Of a stretch of 64,000 nucleotides of DNA, positions 28,749 through 43,000 are shown one piece after another (the stretch's first letter is position 1; the number at the start of each line of letters is the position of its first letter). The notes beneath the pieces were generated by a model that made no database searches, had not been told where the DNA came from, and saw nothing but the letters and a program-made list of their open reading frames with translations. The translations under genes were made by a program, and so were the position numbers. This stretch comes from Eledone cirrhosa (Eukaryota): NCBI GenBank assembly GCA_964016885.1, contig OZ024744.1, forward strand, positions 75,702,001 through 75,766,000, in the 5' to 3' direction.

Positions 28749-28927
28749 AACATATATATGGAATAGAATGAAACGAAATTTCATTTCTCACTCTTAGTAC
28801 GGCAGTTACTTAAATGTAAGGATGTATGTATGTATACGTATATAAATATATGTATACAGACGTACAGTAGTATGTATATATATACATAAATGCACACATA
28901 TATATATGCATCTGCCAGGAAGGTATA

Positions 28928-28968
28928 CGATGCTGACGATAGCTAATAAGCTTGAAACTAGTACATCG
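28928..28968 (+). ncRNA. Minimal type I hammerhead (family F, older copy of the 424-bp unit)
   Basis: CGATG-CTGACGA-TAGCT(AATA)AGCTT-GAAA-CTAG-TA-CATCG, within a diverged unit fragment at about 28765-29195. Confidence 0.85.
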
Positions 28969-29221
28969 TTCCTGTGTCAGTGTTGAACAAAAAGGTGACA
29001 TGGTTGCCTAAACACTGTACGGCGTTATTCGAGCTTTTTGTTTGTTTACAAACAAACAAACCGAGCATTATAATAAATGTTCGGTAAACCGATACGTGCA
29101 TATATATATGTGTGAATGTGTGTATATATATATACATACTACTGTACGTATGTATACATATATGTATGTACGTATACATACATACATACTTACATTTATA
29201 TATATATATATATATATATAT

Positions 29222-31169
29222 TAGGGTGTGCCATAAAAAGCAAGGCCACAATACTAACGCTCCCTGTGTATTTTCCCATTGGTAAAATAAAACATATTCT
29301 GTATAAAATAAATTATTTTGAGCCTTGCCTATAACATGGTGATTATAGTGGAAAGTGTGATTATGTTGCATGTAATCATGAAAATGTGAAACCAAATATG
29401 ACCATACAATAATTGATTATTTTATTAATCCATTATATTTAGTAAACCACCTTTGAATATAAAGGCGTACAAGGAAGAAACAAGTTCAGTTAAGTTAACT
29501 CCAGTCATATTTTTTTCAGAGTTTCTTTTTTGATATCCGGGACCTTGCGACGATGAGCTTCGACTACTTGAAGAACACACTGCTTCTCCTCCTCATTCTT
29601 GGTGATGGCAACAACATCAGTTATCAACTTGACTGCTCTCTCCGCCAGATCGTTGACTACCTTGATATTGTGAACAACAGCACAGGCATTTTGATATGAC
29701 GCTTGTGATGACCAAGTTGCAGGTATCAGCTCAGGCCAAGTATCGTCGAGACCAATGAGATCGAACAGAAGCCTCGATTTCTTCCCAACTAAATGAGGCA
29801 GCTTCGTGGACGACTTCAACTCGGGAAATACTGGAGCACCACGGTCGAGAGGCCCAGACGTTTTCGTTTTGACAAGACGTTGGGCTATTTGTTTCTTCTC
29901 GGACTCTTGGACCCGACTTGAAAACAATGCTAGCGGAATGGCTTCCTCCGTCAGGTACCAAAGATGCCTGCTCAGAGCAGTAGTGGCTGCCTGCGAGAGA
30001 TCTCTGTCAACCTTACTGTACTGTGTCAACTCCACGTAGAACTGAAGGTCATTCGATGGTGCATCAGCACACTTGACTGTTGTCAGTCAGTATCGCACGT
30101 AGAACAGAGCATTGAACATACAGATCCGGCGAAACTTTTCCATTTTAGCTTGATCGTAATTGAGTCGCTCACCAAATGCATACATCTTTGCACTATAGAT
30201 GATTGTGGACATCCACCGAGCGTTATGATGTGCACCAGGCAGCATCCAATGAATTCCACGAGGAGGGGTAACATTTTCCCATCGACGGATGTCAGCAAAT
30301 CTTGGAGGAACTTGATGTTCTCAGAACACAGACGCTTGAGTATCTGGTCGACAATGTTCAATGTTTTAAAGTTGGTCTTGTCCGTGGATGACACCCAATC
30401 TTTTTTGAACTCCTTGAACTCTGGGGTGTCTGGACTAGACATTGCTCTGAATAGTTGTTTCCACACTGCACACAAGATAGGCTCCATGACATGGTGCCGA
30501 CAAGCAAAATAAAACACCTTTTTGTTGAGCATCTCTTCTAGTTTAAAACGCAGGCACCATTTTTCCATCCAGAATTCGAAGCAGTTGTGTGGAAGACGAA
30601 GCCCACCACAGACCCATCAACATTCCAATCTTTAACAAGATCAAATGATGCTTTGGATTGGGTGGTTCCAGTGCCATCAAGAATTATGGGAACACCGAGG
30701 AGTTTACCTTCTCTGAAGTCCGGAGTTCCAGCAACTAGCACACCCAGCCTCTCGTGGTCACCAGGAATTATTTTTCCATCCCAATGCAAGGTAACAAAGT
30801 CTGGTACAGCAAATTGTTCCTTTATGTGTTCAGCCCCCACCGTTCTGATCTTCTTAGCTGCACATCTGCTACTATTCTTGGAGAGAGTTGTGGCGTCTAT
30901 ATTTCACCCTCAGAAATAATCGATGCCATAAATATATTGCCCCAGGAGCCATATTTCTCGATCATCACAACGGAGCGAGTAGCTACAACTAGGCCCACTG
31001 GTTTCCGCCATTATTCTGCCAATTTGAAACTATTAGGTAAGGCTTAAATTAGTCTGAAATAATCAAAATTATATTATAAATTGATAATATACAAAATGGC
31101 ATGAGAAAATGCATAGGGAGCTAAGAAAAAAACACTTTTGTGTAAAATGTGGGATTCTGGAACACCCTA
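29222..31169 (-). mobile_element. hAT (hATm-like) DNA transposon, internally deleted and frameshifted
   Basis: TIRs TAGGGTGTGCCATAA / TTCTGGAACACCCTA. 8-bp flanks ATATATAT / ATAAATAT. Transposase motifs LHWDGK, TTASNSG, ACRHHVME, HLWYLTEE, VVNDLAERAVKL. Confidence 0.85.
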
Positions 31170-32101
31170 ATAAATATATGTATATATTTTAGAATTTGTT
31201 TTGGGAGATTTCTTATCTGAAAGCGTGTGTTGAAACAGATATTGTTATACTTTAGGGAGGTCATGTTGCCAATAAAACCACACGCTCCTCTTGGTTTTCA
31301 CTTCAATTTGTGATATATTTCCGGTTGGTTGGTTGGTTGGTTCGATAACCGGAAGGTTGTATATATATTGTGAGTGTAGCCGTATGAAATTGTGCATGAA
31401 TTTATTCAGTTGCTATACATATTTCTCGGGGTGGGGGGGGGTGGGGGGGGGGGGGGGCGATGATTAAGTGGTGTGATTTGCATGTAACCGCTGCTCCGAG
31501 TTCATCAGATAGCATTCAGGGATAAAGACAAGCAGTAAGTTTATCGATATGAAATCCAGCATAGGAACTGTTCCCACCTATCTGGCCGCCCCGCCCCGTG
31601 TGATTTTTACCCCTCTTCAGCACTAGAACGGAAGTAGGAGCTAGTCTCCCATTTTGTACCACATTTGCTAGGTTTATTTATTTAGCAATTCATAAACATG
31701 AAGACAAAATATTTGAGAATCTTTTACTCCTCTCCCTCCTCTCTATCAACAAATGGTATTGGTAGTAGTTGTAACAAGTTTATCTTCCCTACCTACTAGA
31801 TTACTAGCCCGCTATCGCTAGGGTCCAGTTGCAGATGTGGTATTCTACGTTAGGTATTACTCCCTAGTTGGTATCCTTAAGAAGCAGAATGTTAATATTA
31901 GTAATAATATTAATATTATGTGTGTGTGTGTATGTGTGTGTGTGTGTGTGTCTATGTGGTTGTGCGTGTATGTGTGAGTGTGTGTGTGTGTGAGTATCTG
32001 TGTATATATATACACACATGCACCTGTTGGTATTCACTTCAATTTATTGTAAATTTCCGTTTGGTTGGTTGGTTCTATAACCTGATGGTTGTTTACATAA
32101 T

Positions 32102-32144
32102 GTCAAAGCTCTTTCGTCACACATTCTCTGATCTCCTCAGTGAC
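32102..32144 (-). ncRNA. Minimal type I hammerhead (family G) downstream of a PLE endonuclease remnant
   Basis: Minus strand: GTCA-CTGAGGA-GATCAGAGAATGTGTGAC-GAAA-GAGC-TT-TGAC. Degenerate relatives at about 13241-13284 and 39246-39289. Confidence 0.65.
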
Positions 32145-32367
32145 TAGTTTTGTTCTGTCCTACACCATCCTGTTTTTGTGTGTTGTGTTGTTTGCGCATG
32201 CGTTGCATCCGGGTATGTGTGTGTTTTTACTATATACATTTATTTACTTGTCACTAGTTGGTTGTTTGTTATATCTGTGTGTGTCTGGTTTGTTTTGTTA
32301 GTTTGGTTTCTATGTATGTCTGTATGTTTTCATTTTGTCCTTAATTACTAATTGTGATGTTGCTATT

Positions 32368-32526
32368 TCACTCATGTTTTCTGTTTAATTTTGTTTGGAG
32401 TTCGTTTATGTTTGTCGCCTCTGTGATTTGTCTAAACATTGCATCTTTTCTGTGTTGTGTGGATATACTTTTTATCTCTATGTTCTCTAATGTGCCCCTG
32501 TGTTCTATTTTGGCATGTTGGAGTAC
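32368..32526 (-). pseudogene. C-terminus of a Penelope-like GIY-YIG endonuclease
   Basis: Manual translation VLQHAKIEHRGTLENIEIKSISTQHRKDAMFRQITEATNINELQTKLNRKHE* fits the H..H..R.I.EA..I..LN.K.E pattern. Not in the ORF track. Confidence 0.65.
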
Positions 32527-33079
32527 TCATCAGTATTCTACCATTAGTTGGTTCAGGTCACGCGGGCTATTAATCTCAGTCAAATCCTGCGACATTGGGT
32601 GTGTGATCTCATTGGCCTCCTGGTGGTATTAATGAGTCTGATAGATCTTCTGGTCTATGTATCCAATAGCGCTGGCAGGTTGAATGTTCAATTGATGAAT
32701 GTGGTAACTTTTGAGGGGTCTGATGCTGATATTATCATGGTGTGCATGCCAGTTTGAGCTGTCTGCCCCACGTCTATTTGAGAATCACATGGAACTAAGG
32801 AGGTCTTTGTGGGCTGATTGAGGCCAGTGGTTTAAAGTTAGCTAAAAAGGTGGTACTCCCGTGGCAGCAAAACTTTAGTTCAGTTTTCCTGTTGGTGGAT
32901 ATTACAGGATTTTTGCGCGGAGTTAGGGGCGGTATGAAGATGCTTTATTCAGAATACACTATTTAATGAGGTGAATGTGGTGACCCTATAGAAATATATT
33001 AAAATACCACAAGGCATTTTGTCAAAAGCTCCATCGTATCTATACTATTTGTCACAAGAATTACTTAGACTTTTGATTA

Positions 33080-33330
33080 CTCAATATGTCGCCGTTGAGA
33101 CCTCAGGTTTCTTCAGACCCCGTACAGCTGAGCTCATCCGTAAAATCGGAACGTCAGCAACCCATCTGAGGAAGGAGTCCCGCCAGGTGGGGTGGCTGTT
33201 GAGGAAAATGCTTTTGCTCTTTTGTCCGCGAAGTGCAGCCGAAACATCACCCCGACCTAGGCACAGAGCCAGTCACCCTCTCCCCTTCCCTCTTTCTTTC
33301 GTGGCCCATTAATCTTTGCTGTTTCACTCC
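33080..33330 (+). mobile_element. Possible 3' end of an RLE-type (CRE-like) non-LTR element
   Basis: VAVETSGFF...LIRKIG...GWL translation. Similar 3' sequence at about 13410-13555. Confidence 0.35.
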
Positions 33331-34519
33331 TTTTCTTCTCATTTATGGCATTTATAATCCTTTCCTTTACTTTCCTATGCAGTCAGATCTACCCTTCTTT
33401 ACCCCTTTCCCCTTTTATTATTTGTACAATTAATTATGAAAACTTAATAAATAATTTCTCAACACAGATAAAAATCAATACATATACAAAAAATAAATTA
33501 TTAAAATAGATTTCAATTAATCTAGTATATCATTCGATATATTTTTATAACAGTGGAGATATGAAAAACGCAAATCACATTCAAAGAAATCTGAATACAG
33601 TTGTGCGTGCCAGTAACAGGTCAACAAATAAATTAACAAAAACGTTGCAGCTGAATTTATCTCGATAGTTACGTATTTAGGACACTATCGAATGTGCCAT
33701 TTCCCTTTTTAAAGAAGAGAATATGTTTGGGGTGATTATGCTGCTATTTCTAAACTGAAAAATTTCAGGATGAATTATAGCGAGATGACAGATTATTCAC
33801 TTTAACTATATCCCACGTGTCACCGATAAAGAAATTTAAGATACAGAATTAAATGAAAGAATTGCGGTAGCTGGTGCAGTAGTGTGCACCAGCTTCAGCA
33901 TTCTTTCATCAGAAGAAAGGAGGTAGGTATAAAAGACAAACGCGCTATCTTAGATTCACTATTCGTGCCAACCCTTACCTATGATCATGAATCTTGTGTA
34001 ATGACCGAAAGACTACGATCGCGAGTACAAGGGGCCGAAATAGGGTTCTTATGAAGCGTCTTTGGAGTAACATTAGTCGGTAGAGTGCGTAGTTCGGAGA
34101 CCAGAGAGACAACTAGGTAGAGCCGCGACTTCTCCGATACTATGGGCATGTGATTAGAATTTCTCAGGAAAGAATGACTGGATAGATTTTCACGGGAACA
34201 CATTCAACGATTATTTCTCACAATGCAGTGTGGCCTTAATTCGGAATACATTTAAGAAAATATACATTACACACAGTAACAGATTTTAACTGGTATTATC
34301 CTACGCATAATTGAAATTTGCTGCCCCTTTCGTTAGGAATTTTTCATTCATATTTTATTTCATAGGTACAAATACCTCAGATCTTTAATAGAAATTCTGA
34401 AAAAACTACTAAATGCATTTTAGCACAAAATGTAGTTTTATCCAACTTAACTAAATTAAAAGAAACTAATTTTAATACTTACTGCAATTGTACTAAACCT
34501 AATAACTGTTTTTACTTTG

Positions 34520-34695
34520 GGGCACAAGGCTTGCCATTGACCCAGTGCATTGCTGATGCTTTATTTTATCGACCCCGTAAGGATGAAAGTAAAAGTTAAC
34601 CTCGGCGGGATTTGAACTCAGAAGGTACAGGGCCATAACTCTAAGCTGCAAAGCATGGCACCTGACGCTCTACCGATACTGCCAATCCACCACCC
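34520..34695 (-). mobile_element. tRNA-derived SINE, family 1
   Basis: Reverse-complement consensus match. Another copy at about 35255-35405. Confidence 0.8.
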
Positions 34696-35481
34696 TTAAT
34701 ATTGTTATATACCGTAATATTGTTATGTTTATATTGGTAAGTCTAAAATCTAAAGTATGTCTCAAGGCAGAAGGCTCATTAGGCCGGTGCTTATCCCGGT
34801 TTCATGGCGTGAAGCGACTGAGAGTACTAGACACCTTACCCTGGAATAAATTCAATATTAGTTATGAATTCATTCAAGAAACCTATTATGAAAAATACGA
34901 TCTCCATATCTGGATACTTATGGTACATTAGCTAAACCAGTTACTGCTACGACTTGAAATAGAACATTCTGGCTAAGTCGAAATCTTACTTTCCTTTAAA
35001 TAAACTACGCCATTTCTGTACCACTGAGGCAATGTAGATCCCGTTTACCATAGACGTAAAAAGAGGCCAGAGAAGTACTTCAGTTGGTGGTATGGTACGG
35101 TATGGTACTGTAACTTTTGATGGAGTTGTAAGGGCGCCATATTGGCATACGGTGTTTCTTAAGCATTTTAATCCTAGCGAAGCCCAACCCTCTCCAGACC
35201 TGAACACAACAGAAGTCTTCCAGAGAAGGATAGAAAGTGAGAATGAGATATAGAGGCAGTATCGATCCCAGTACTAGAATGTTGTTACATTATTTTATCG
35301 ACCTCGAAAGGATGAAAGGCAAAGTTGAACTCTGCGTAATTTGAACTCAGAGAGCAGTGAGCCGGAACGAAAACCATAAAACATTCTAACGACTCTGTCA
35401 ATTCACCGTCTGTTACTTAGGTTACCCATAGAATATGGAAAACATGTTTGCATTTCATCCTACTTGATAACTGGATAGTTA

Positions 35482-35815
35482 GCAACGCATGGCTTAGTGG
35501 TTAGAGCGTCGGGCTTACAATCGTGAGGCTATGAGGTCGATTCTCGCAACGGGTTTTACGTTGTATCCTTGAACAAGACTTAATTTCACGTTGCTCCAGT
35601 TTACTCAGCTGTAGAAATAAGTAACTACGTCACTGGTACCAACCTGTATCGGCCATTACCTTTCCCTTGGTCAACATCGGTGGCGTGTAGAGGGGAGAGA
35701 CTGGTATACATGGGTGACTACTGGTCTTCCACAAACAACGTTGCTCGAATTTGTGCCTCGGAGGGGAACATTCTAGAGGAAAATCTCATGGTCATTCTTG
35801 ACCGAAGGGGGTCTT
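35482..35815 (+). mobile_element. tRNA-derived SINE, family 2
   Basis: TGGCTTAGTGGTTAGAGCG A-box, GGTCGATTC B-box-like motif, then a TCCTTGAACAAGAC...ACTCAGCTG body. Confidence 0.65.
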
Positions 35816-36651
35816 TATTGGTAAGTATATGAATATTAAACGTATTGCATCCACAAACATACATTGCACTGATTCTATGCATTTCTAACAATTAGTACTT
35901 TTAATCTGTCCTTTCTTATGTATTTCGTTCTCTATATCTATTGGTTATGCGATGACTGACCTAGAATGTTCGTCTCAAAGCCACAAACCCAGACGAGGTG
36001 TTTTCTGAAAGACCAACAACAGCTTTATACCACTGATCTTGTACAGCTGGCATCAGAGTCGTCTCAAATCATTTTACTGGCTGAGTTGACTGGAGCAAAG
36101 ATAACAACTATGGTCTTATTATATAATGTAGTAGCTGGCCCCGTGCCGTCAAAAATGACGGCTAATTGTAATATGTATACATAATATCAAAAAATAGGTA
36201 TTTGCTTGTTGGTTGGATGGCTGGTTGGTTGGTTGGTTCCTTCACGCTCACTCACACAAGTGATACAAACATACAAACACACAGACAATGTGTTTGTAGC
36301 CAAATCGCTACACATACAGACACACAAGTGTGACGAATCTTAGAACTCTGGACTTCTATAGTTTCTCACCCCACATCCTTCCCCAGTCATCACATAGATG
36401 TGTGTGTATGTAATACTTTTCTTTTCTATGTGTGTCTGTTTATATATATATGTATGTGTAGATTTTTGTGTGTTTTTAATTCTATTGTCTATGTATCTTT
36501 CTAAATAAACACATATACACTCACACAAATATTATATATAAATATGATTTACACAAACACTCACATAATCATAACAGCCAATGTGAGTAGCTAATTCTCT
36601 ATACATAGACAGACAGGTGTAGCAAGTATTAGATGCTGCCACCCTTTCTCC

Positions 36652-36741
36652 CTCAGTCGACGTTATCACCTCTTCCTTGCTCAGTCGACGTAATCACACC
36701 TTCTTTCCTCAGTCGACGTAATCACACCTTCTTTCCTCAGT
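36652..36741. repeat. ~28-bp minisatellite, 3 copies
   Basis: CTCAGTCGACGT.ATCAC(A)CCTTCT... Confidence 0.8.
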
Positions 36742-37274
36742 TATCTCTAGTGTGTAACGGACAAGTACACAAGGGTATTATATATTAGTAGATGTGTTAT
36801 ACAAAAAACACGACAAACAAATTATATTACATTTGAACTAGCCTTATTCTACACACCACCAATACCTAGTACTTTTAAAAGATTTAATATCTGTGCTGTA
36901 TTATCTGGTTTGACAGTATCGATAGAGCGTCAGACGCCATGCTTTGTATGTATATATATATGTGTGTGCGTGTATGTGTGTGCGTGCACGTGTGTGTGTG
37001 TGTATCCCGGGTTCAATCGGCGGTAACCACAGTAAGTAAGGTACCCAATACATAGCAGAGAATAAATGTTTAATATAGAAAAGGCTTCTACAGGACTAAA
37101 ACTGTTATATATATATATATAAATGTTGAGTATATGTTGGTTGTTTACTGACACCTCAGTATGCAGATTGGAGCACTCGACGAAGTACGCAGGTTGGTTT
37201 GGTTACTCCGGAGTAATGTAAAATAAAATAATTAAGTCAAATATTTAAAATTTGGCTTCGTTTATTAAAGGTGT

Positions 37275-37329
37275 ACTGCTATATATATTTCGGTGACAGC
37301 CATCCTTGGCTGTGACCTCTTCAGGCAGT
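37275..37329 (-). ncRNA. Type I hammerhead ribozyme (family H)
   Basis: Minus strand: ACTGC-CTGAAGA-GGTCACAGCCA(AGGA)TGGCTGTCACC-GAAA-TATATA-TA-GCAGT. Confidence 0.85.
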
Positions 37330-37565
37330 CCGAATCGGTGTGGTAGAGACAGGTACACATATTGTTGAGGTGTTTAACTCCGTCAATACTCCGATATGCC
37401 CAGTTCCTGGTTGGGTTGTTATTTCTCTGAGGAACTGGAATCATATCCATATAATTCCAGTTCCTCAGAGAAATAACAACCCAACCAGGAACTGGGCATA
37501 TCGGAGTATTGACGGAGTTAAACACCTCAACAACATGTGTACCTGTCTCTACCACACCAATTCGG

Positions 37566-37620
37566 ATTGCCTGAAGAGGTCACAGCCAAGGATGGCTGTC
37601 ACCGAAATATATATAGCAGT
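37566..37620 (+). ncRNA. Type I hammerhead ribozyme (family H, mirror copy)
   Basis: ATTGC-CTGAAGA-GGTCACAGCCA(AGGA)TGGCTGTCACC-GAAA-TATATA-TA-GCAGT. Confidence 0.85.
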
Positions 37621-37978
37621 ACACCTTTAATAAACGAAGCCAAATTTTTATTATTTTATTTTATATATAGAAAAAGTGAAGAATAACAGGGTCAACAGTA
37701 CAAAAAGGGGTTTTATTTACAGTCTAACAATTGTTTCACTGATTAAGTTGGCTAAAAATGGGTGATCACTTGGAGCTGTGCCACTCAATTTTAAATACGT
37801 TGTTAGCTTAACCAGATCATCGGAGAAACTGTTATATGTTCAGTTTTTACGAATTCAAATTACAGCATCATTAATAATATTAATAATAAAGATAGAGAGA
37901 GAAAAAAGAGAGATAAACTATCCATAATATGAAGTATTCACAACCTCTAACTGGATTACTTATATATATATATTACCT

Positions 37979-38017
<39 letters not shown>

Positions 38018-38418
38018 ATATATATATGTATATACACACACATTAGCAGAATGGCCCGGCGTTTCTCGGGATTCTAAACATAGATTGGCATGTTTATACC
38101 ATTACTTATTTGTATAGGTAAGTATACCTTACCCGTATGTTTTGTGAAGGTACGTATACTTTCACATACGTAGATATGCTTGTATTTGTTATAGGTGTAT
38201 ATATTATATTATATATGCTGGTATATGTGTATATGTTTATGTGTATTTTGTGTTTGTGTGTGTAAGCGTGTATGCGTGTTTGCACGTATGTAATGTGTGT
38301 ATATGTGTACATTGTGTTTTGGTTGACGTTGTCTGGTGTATTTACCTGTAGGTATGTGTGTGCGTGCGTTATATACGTATTTATGTGTCTATATTTATAT
38401 ACGTTTATATAATTATAT

Positions 38419-38458
<40 letters not shown>

Positions 38459-38474
38459 CACACACACACACACA

Positions 38475-38554
<80 letters not shown>

Positions 38555-39694
38555 TGTATTTGGTGTATACGCTCGTATGTGTGCGGGTACATATGTCGCG
38601 CGGATTTATGCATGTGTGCGCTTGTTTATGTGTATGTGCTTGTATATGCATGCATGGCGGGTGTTTTTTCACGTATGCACGTGTATGGACGTATATAGAT
38701 GCGTGTATGTATATATTTAATTATTATTACTTTTATGATTTCAATAACCTCTGTCATTTTCGTTCTACTAATTTATTTACATTATTCTTAATTCTGAAGC
38801 CAAGAATCATTCGGTTTCCTAAATAAAATATTAGTCTACGACTCCATTTATACCATACACGTGATTTTGTCTTTGCGTGTAATTGTTCACACTGCTTCAT
38901 TTAACGATGTATTATCTTCGCTTTTTTCCGTTCATTGCCAGGGAACGTCTCCACGAACCAAGGTATCGTCTTCCTGTCTTCCTTCGGTTGTAACGTTTTT
39001 CGAAATATTTACTTCTGCGTTCACAGATTTATTTATTTTTAGTTTCAGAAGATCCCGTTAAGGGTGAAAGCAGCAATTCTTTGCTTAAACTTTAATCTGT
39101 TATTTTAATAAATATTTGCTCTCGGGTTCTTATATATTTGATATATATTTATCCTTATCGAGCCCTCTTTGGATTTTAGTCTTCACTTTTATTATTACTA
39201 TATATATATATATATATATAGAAAAGTCACGAAGGAAAAGAAATAGTCATTGAGGAAGTCACAGAATATGTGACAAAAGAACTTTGACAACATAATTAAT
39301 AACTAATAATAAAGTTGAAGTGAAAATCAAATAGTGAGTGTATATTTTATCGGCAATATTGACATGAACAATATTGACATCTCCAAATATAACAATAAAT
39401 AAATACATATGTATTTATGCGCGCGTGTGTGTACGTTTTGTGTTTATCCGTGTGTGTGTGTGTGAGTATGTGTGTGTGTATGTGTGTGTGTATTGTGTTT
39501 ATGCGTGTGTGTTGTGTTTATGTTTGTGTCAGTGCGCTTCGCGGAGGAGATCTAATAAAATAGAAACATGTGTATTCGCGAGGATAATCTCGATTGATTA
39601 GTGTTATTCCTTATACTCGTCATATTCAGACAGTGAGATTGTTGTCTTATTTATGAAGACAATTCTGTCTTTACTTAAACAAACACACGGACGG

Positions 39695-40516
<822 letters not shown>

Positions 40517-40586
40517 CCTTGTATAGTCAATTATATTACACGGCTTAGAAAAACTTCTTTCTTTGAGCTATTTAATTGTAAGAGAC

Positions 40587-40627
<41 letters not shown>

Positions 40628-40784
40628 AATTATACACGGGTGTGTATGATTGTGTATAGAAGATTATATTAATAAAAGGAGTTCCAGCTTTGTCTGATTT
40701 ACTCGTTTTATTTAAAATCCTTTAAAATTTATAATGGTATTAGAATGAAATAGTATGGTAGAATATTAAATGTTAAGTGTTAAT

Positions 40785-40822
40785 TGAACAAGTACTTTCA
40801 TGTTTCGCAATCTTCAGGTTCA
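40785..40822 (-). ncRNA. Minimal type I hammerhead (family I) in the putative PLE 3' UTR/pseudo-LTR
   Basis: Minus strand: TGAAC-CTGAAGA-TTGCGAAACAT-GAAA-GTAC-TT-GTTCA, about 360 nt downstream of the GIY-YIG stop on the same strand. Confidence 0.8.
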
Positions 40823-41178
40823 TATTCTGTGGTGACAGTCAAGTTTGCAATTTTCAACTGTAATGAGATGGGTAAATTTTGTGCCTTATATACAGTGAAA
40901 AGTGGCTACAGAATGCTAAATCTTGCAAACTGTATTTCGACCAATCGGTGTGTAGTTTCACTGGATTACTGAAGCTGATTAGTTTAGGCGTCACGGTTGG
41001 TTGAGCATGTCTAACGACTAATATTTGACCCTATCCAAAGCATCAATTGTTTTGCTATTTTTAGAAATGATGAAAATAGCATTTTCTAGTAATCATCACC
41101 ATCAACATCACTTTTATTATTATTATTGTTGTTGTTGTTGTTAGTGGTCGTAGTCATAGTAGGATTAATACCCCATTA

Positions 41179-41960
41179 TTATTGTTCATTTAGCTTGGGT
41201 TGGAATTTATCAATAAAATTCTTTTCTTTGATTTTTCTCTTGATTTCATTTGGGCTGTGTAATTTGTAGAATGGAAATATTATAAATATTCTCTGACCAC
41301 ATGTTGATAGATGGTTACTCAGGGGTATCTGACGGGGATTTGGGTCTCTGATTTGCTGTTGGTGTACCCGTGCACCTTCCGATAGTGCATTTCCAGTTTG
41401 ACCGACATATAGTTCTTCACAATTCGGGCATTTAATGCAGTAAATTAGATTTCTGCTTTTGCAGTTCATATTTGCATTTGGGAATATTTTTCCAGTTTTT
41501 GTTTTCATATATTGACCGGCGTGTATGGATTGATATGTGCCACATCGACTATCATTGCATTTAGATACAGTGAATGATTGGTCTTTGTTGTTAAGGTCAA
41601 ACTTGGCTTTTGTTAGTAATTGCTTCAAATCTGTCGGCTGTCTGTTACTAAGAGTCAAAGATCTATCTGTGATTAAGCCTTTTAATTCATTACTTTGAGC
41701 AATGATCGGTAGGTTTGCTTTGCAGTGTTGAAGATATCTCTGGTGACATGGGTTGTGTGACATTATAAATGGTATGACCAGTTCTTGGTTTCTTCTTCCT
41801 TGGGTTGTCCTAAGTTGTTGTCTAGGTATTTTTATAGCCTGCTGTATGCTATTGGTACAAATTCTTCTGGCTAGGCAGTATGGGATGTTGCGTTTTGTAT
41901 GAGGTGGATGGCACGACGTAATAAACAGATATTGATGGGTGTCTGTGTGTTTATAAAATA
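41179..41960 (-). mobile_element. Penelope-like element remnant (RT C-terminal end, Cys-rich linker, GIY-YIG endonuclease; Neptune-like)
   Basis: FYKHTDTHQYLFITSCHPPHTKRNIPYCLARRICT (manual translation), then CNDSRCGT, NCKSRNLIYCIKCPNCEELYVGQT and RKIKEKNFIDKFQPKLN. Confidence 0.9.
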
Positions 41961-41970
41961 TATAACATTA

Positions 41971-42009
<39 letters not shown>

Positions 42010-42545
42010 ATAATAACTAGGAATTGATCAACATATATATATAAATAAATATAAACATGAAAAATCACAATGTTGAATTGACTGCTATTTCTAGTTGTCG
42101 AATACCTATTAACGCCACTGAAACGAAGCCGCTGTGATGTGTAATATCAACACGTGGTAACGGCCAGTTTAAGATTTTGACTCGAAGTGTAAACATGGAT
42201 CGCTTGATATTGTTCTTCCTTGTTGATAATCCAATAATATCCACTTTCCGTGACTTACCATCTGATTAATTGGTGAAATATATTTCTTTAATGAAATATA
42301 TACAGTGAAGATTAATCATTAAAAGGTATATATTTTTGAAGTTCTAGTTAACTTTATTTATTTGTTACCTACTAGCCATGCGTGGTTACACGCTTGTAAA
42401 AATTATCTCCTGTGATTTTTCATGTTTATATTTATTTATATATATATGTTGATCAATTCCTAGTTATTATTATAAAATGCTCGTACCTACAAGGTCCTAG
42501 AGCTTATTTTCCGGGCGATATGGCGCATTCCGTTAATATATATAT

Positions 42546-42583
<38 letters not shown>

Positions 42584-42618
42584 ATATAAACATATCTATC
42601 TATCTAATAAAGAAACAA

Positions 42619-42704
<86 letters not shown>

Positions 42705-42809
42705 GCACTGTTACACATACGAAGATATATTCAAAAATAAAATAAATGTATGTTGAAAACGTTTTATAAACAAACAATATATGCATACATTCATACATAC
42801 ATTTATTTA

Positions 42810-43000
42810 TATATCTTTAAGTCGTTTGAAAGCCACGACAATGCAAATGGGTAAATCTCCGGGTAACAAGTTCCGGTGGTGGAGAGAGAGATGTAAGTGG
42901 GTGTACGTTGAGATGCGTGGTGTGTATAAGATGTGTGAGATGTGTTACCCGGAGATTTACCCATTTGCATTGTCGAGGCTTCCAAACGACTTAAAGATAT
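42810..43000. repeat. Inverted repeat (~58-bp arms), family shared with 28440-28665
   Basis: ATATCTTTAAGTCG...GGGTAACA / TGTTACCC...CGACTTAAAGATAT. Confidence 0.8.

Larger units (their letters stand above)
37247..37648. repeat. Near-perfect palindrome (~195-bp arms, ~12-nt spacer)
   Basis: The arms are reverse complements with a few substitutions, which explains the mirror ORFs at 37265 and 37340. Confidence 0.95.

Noticed and set aside
33995-34221. Possible solo LTR (TG...CA)
   Set aside because: No clear TSD, PBS or second copy.
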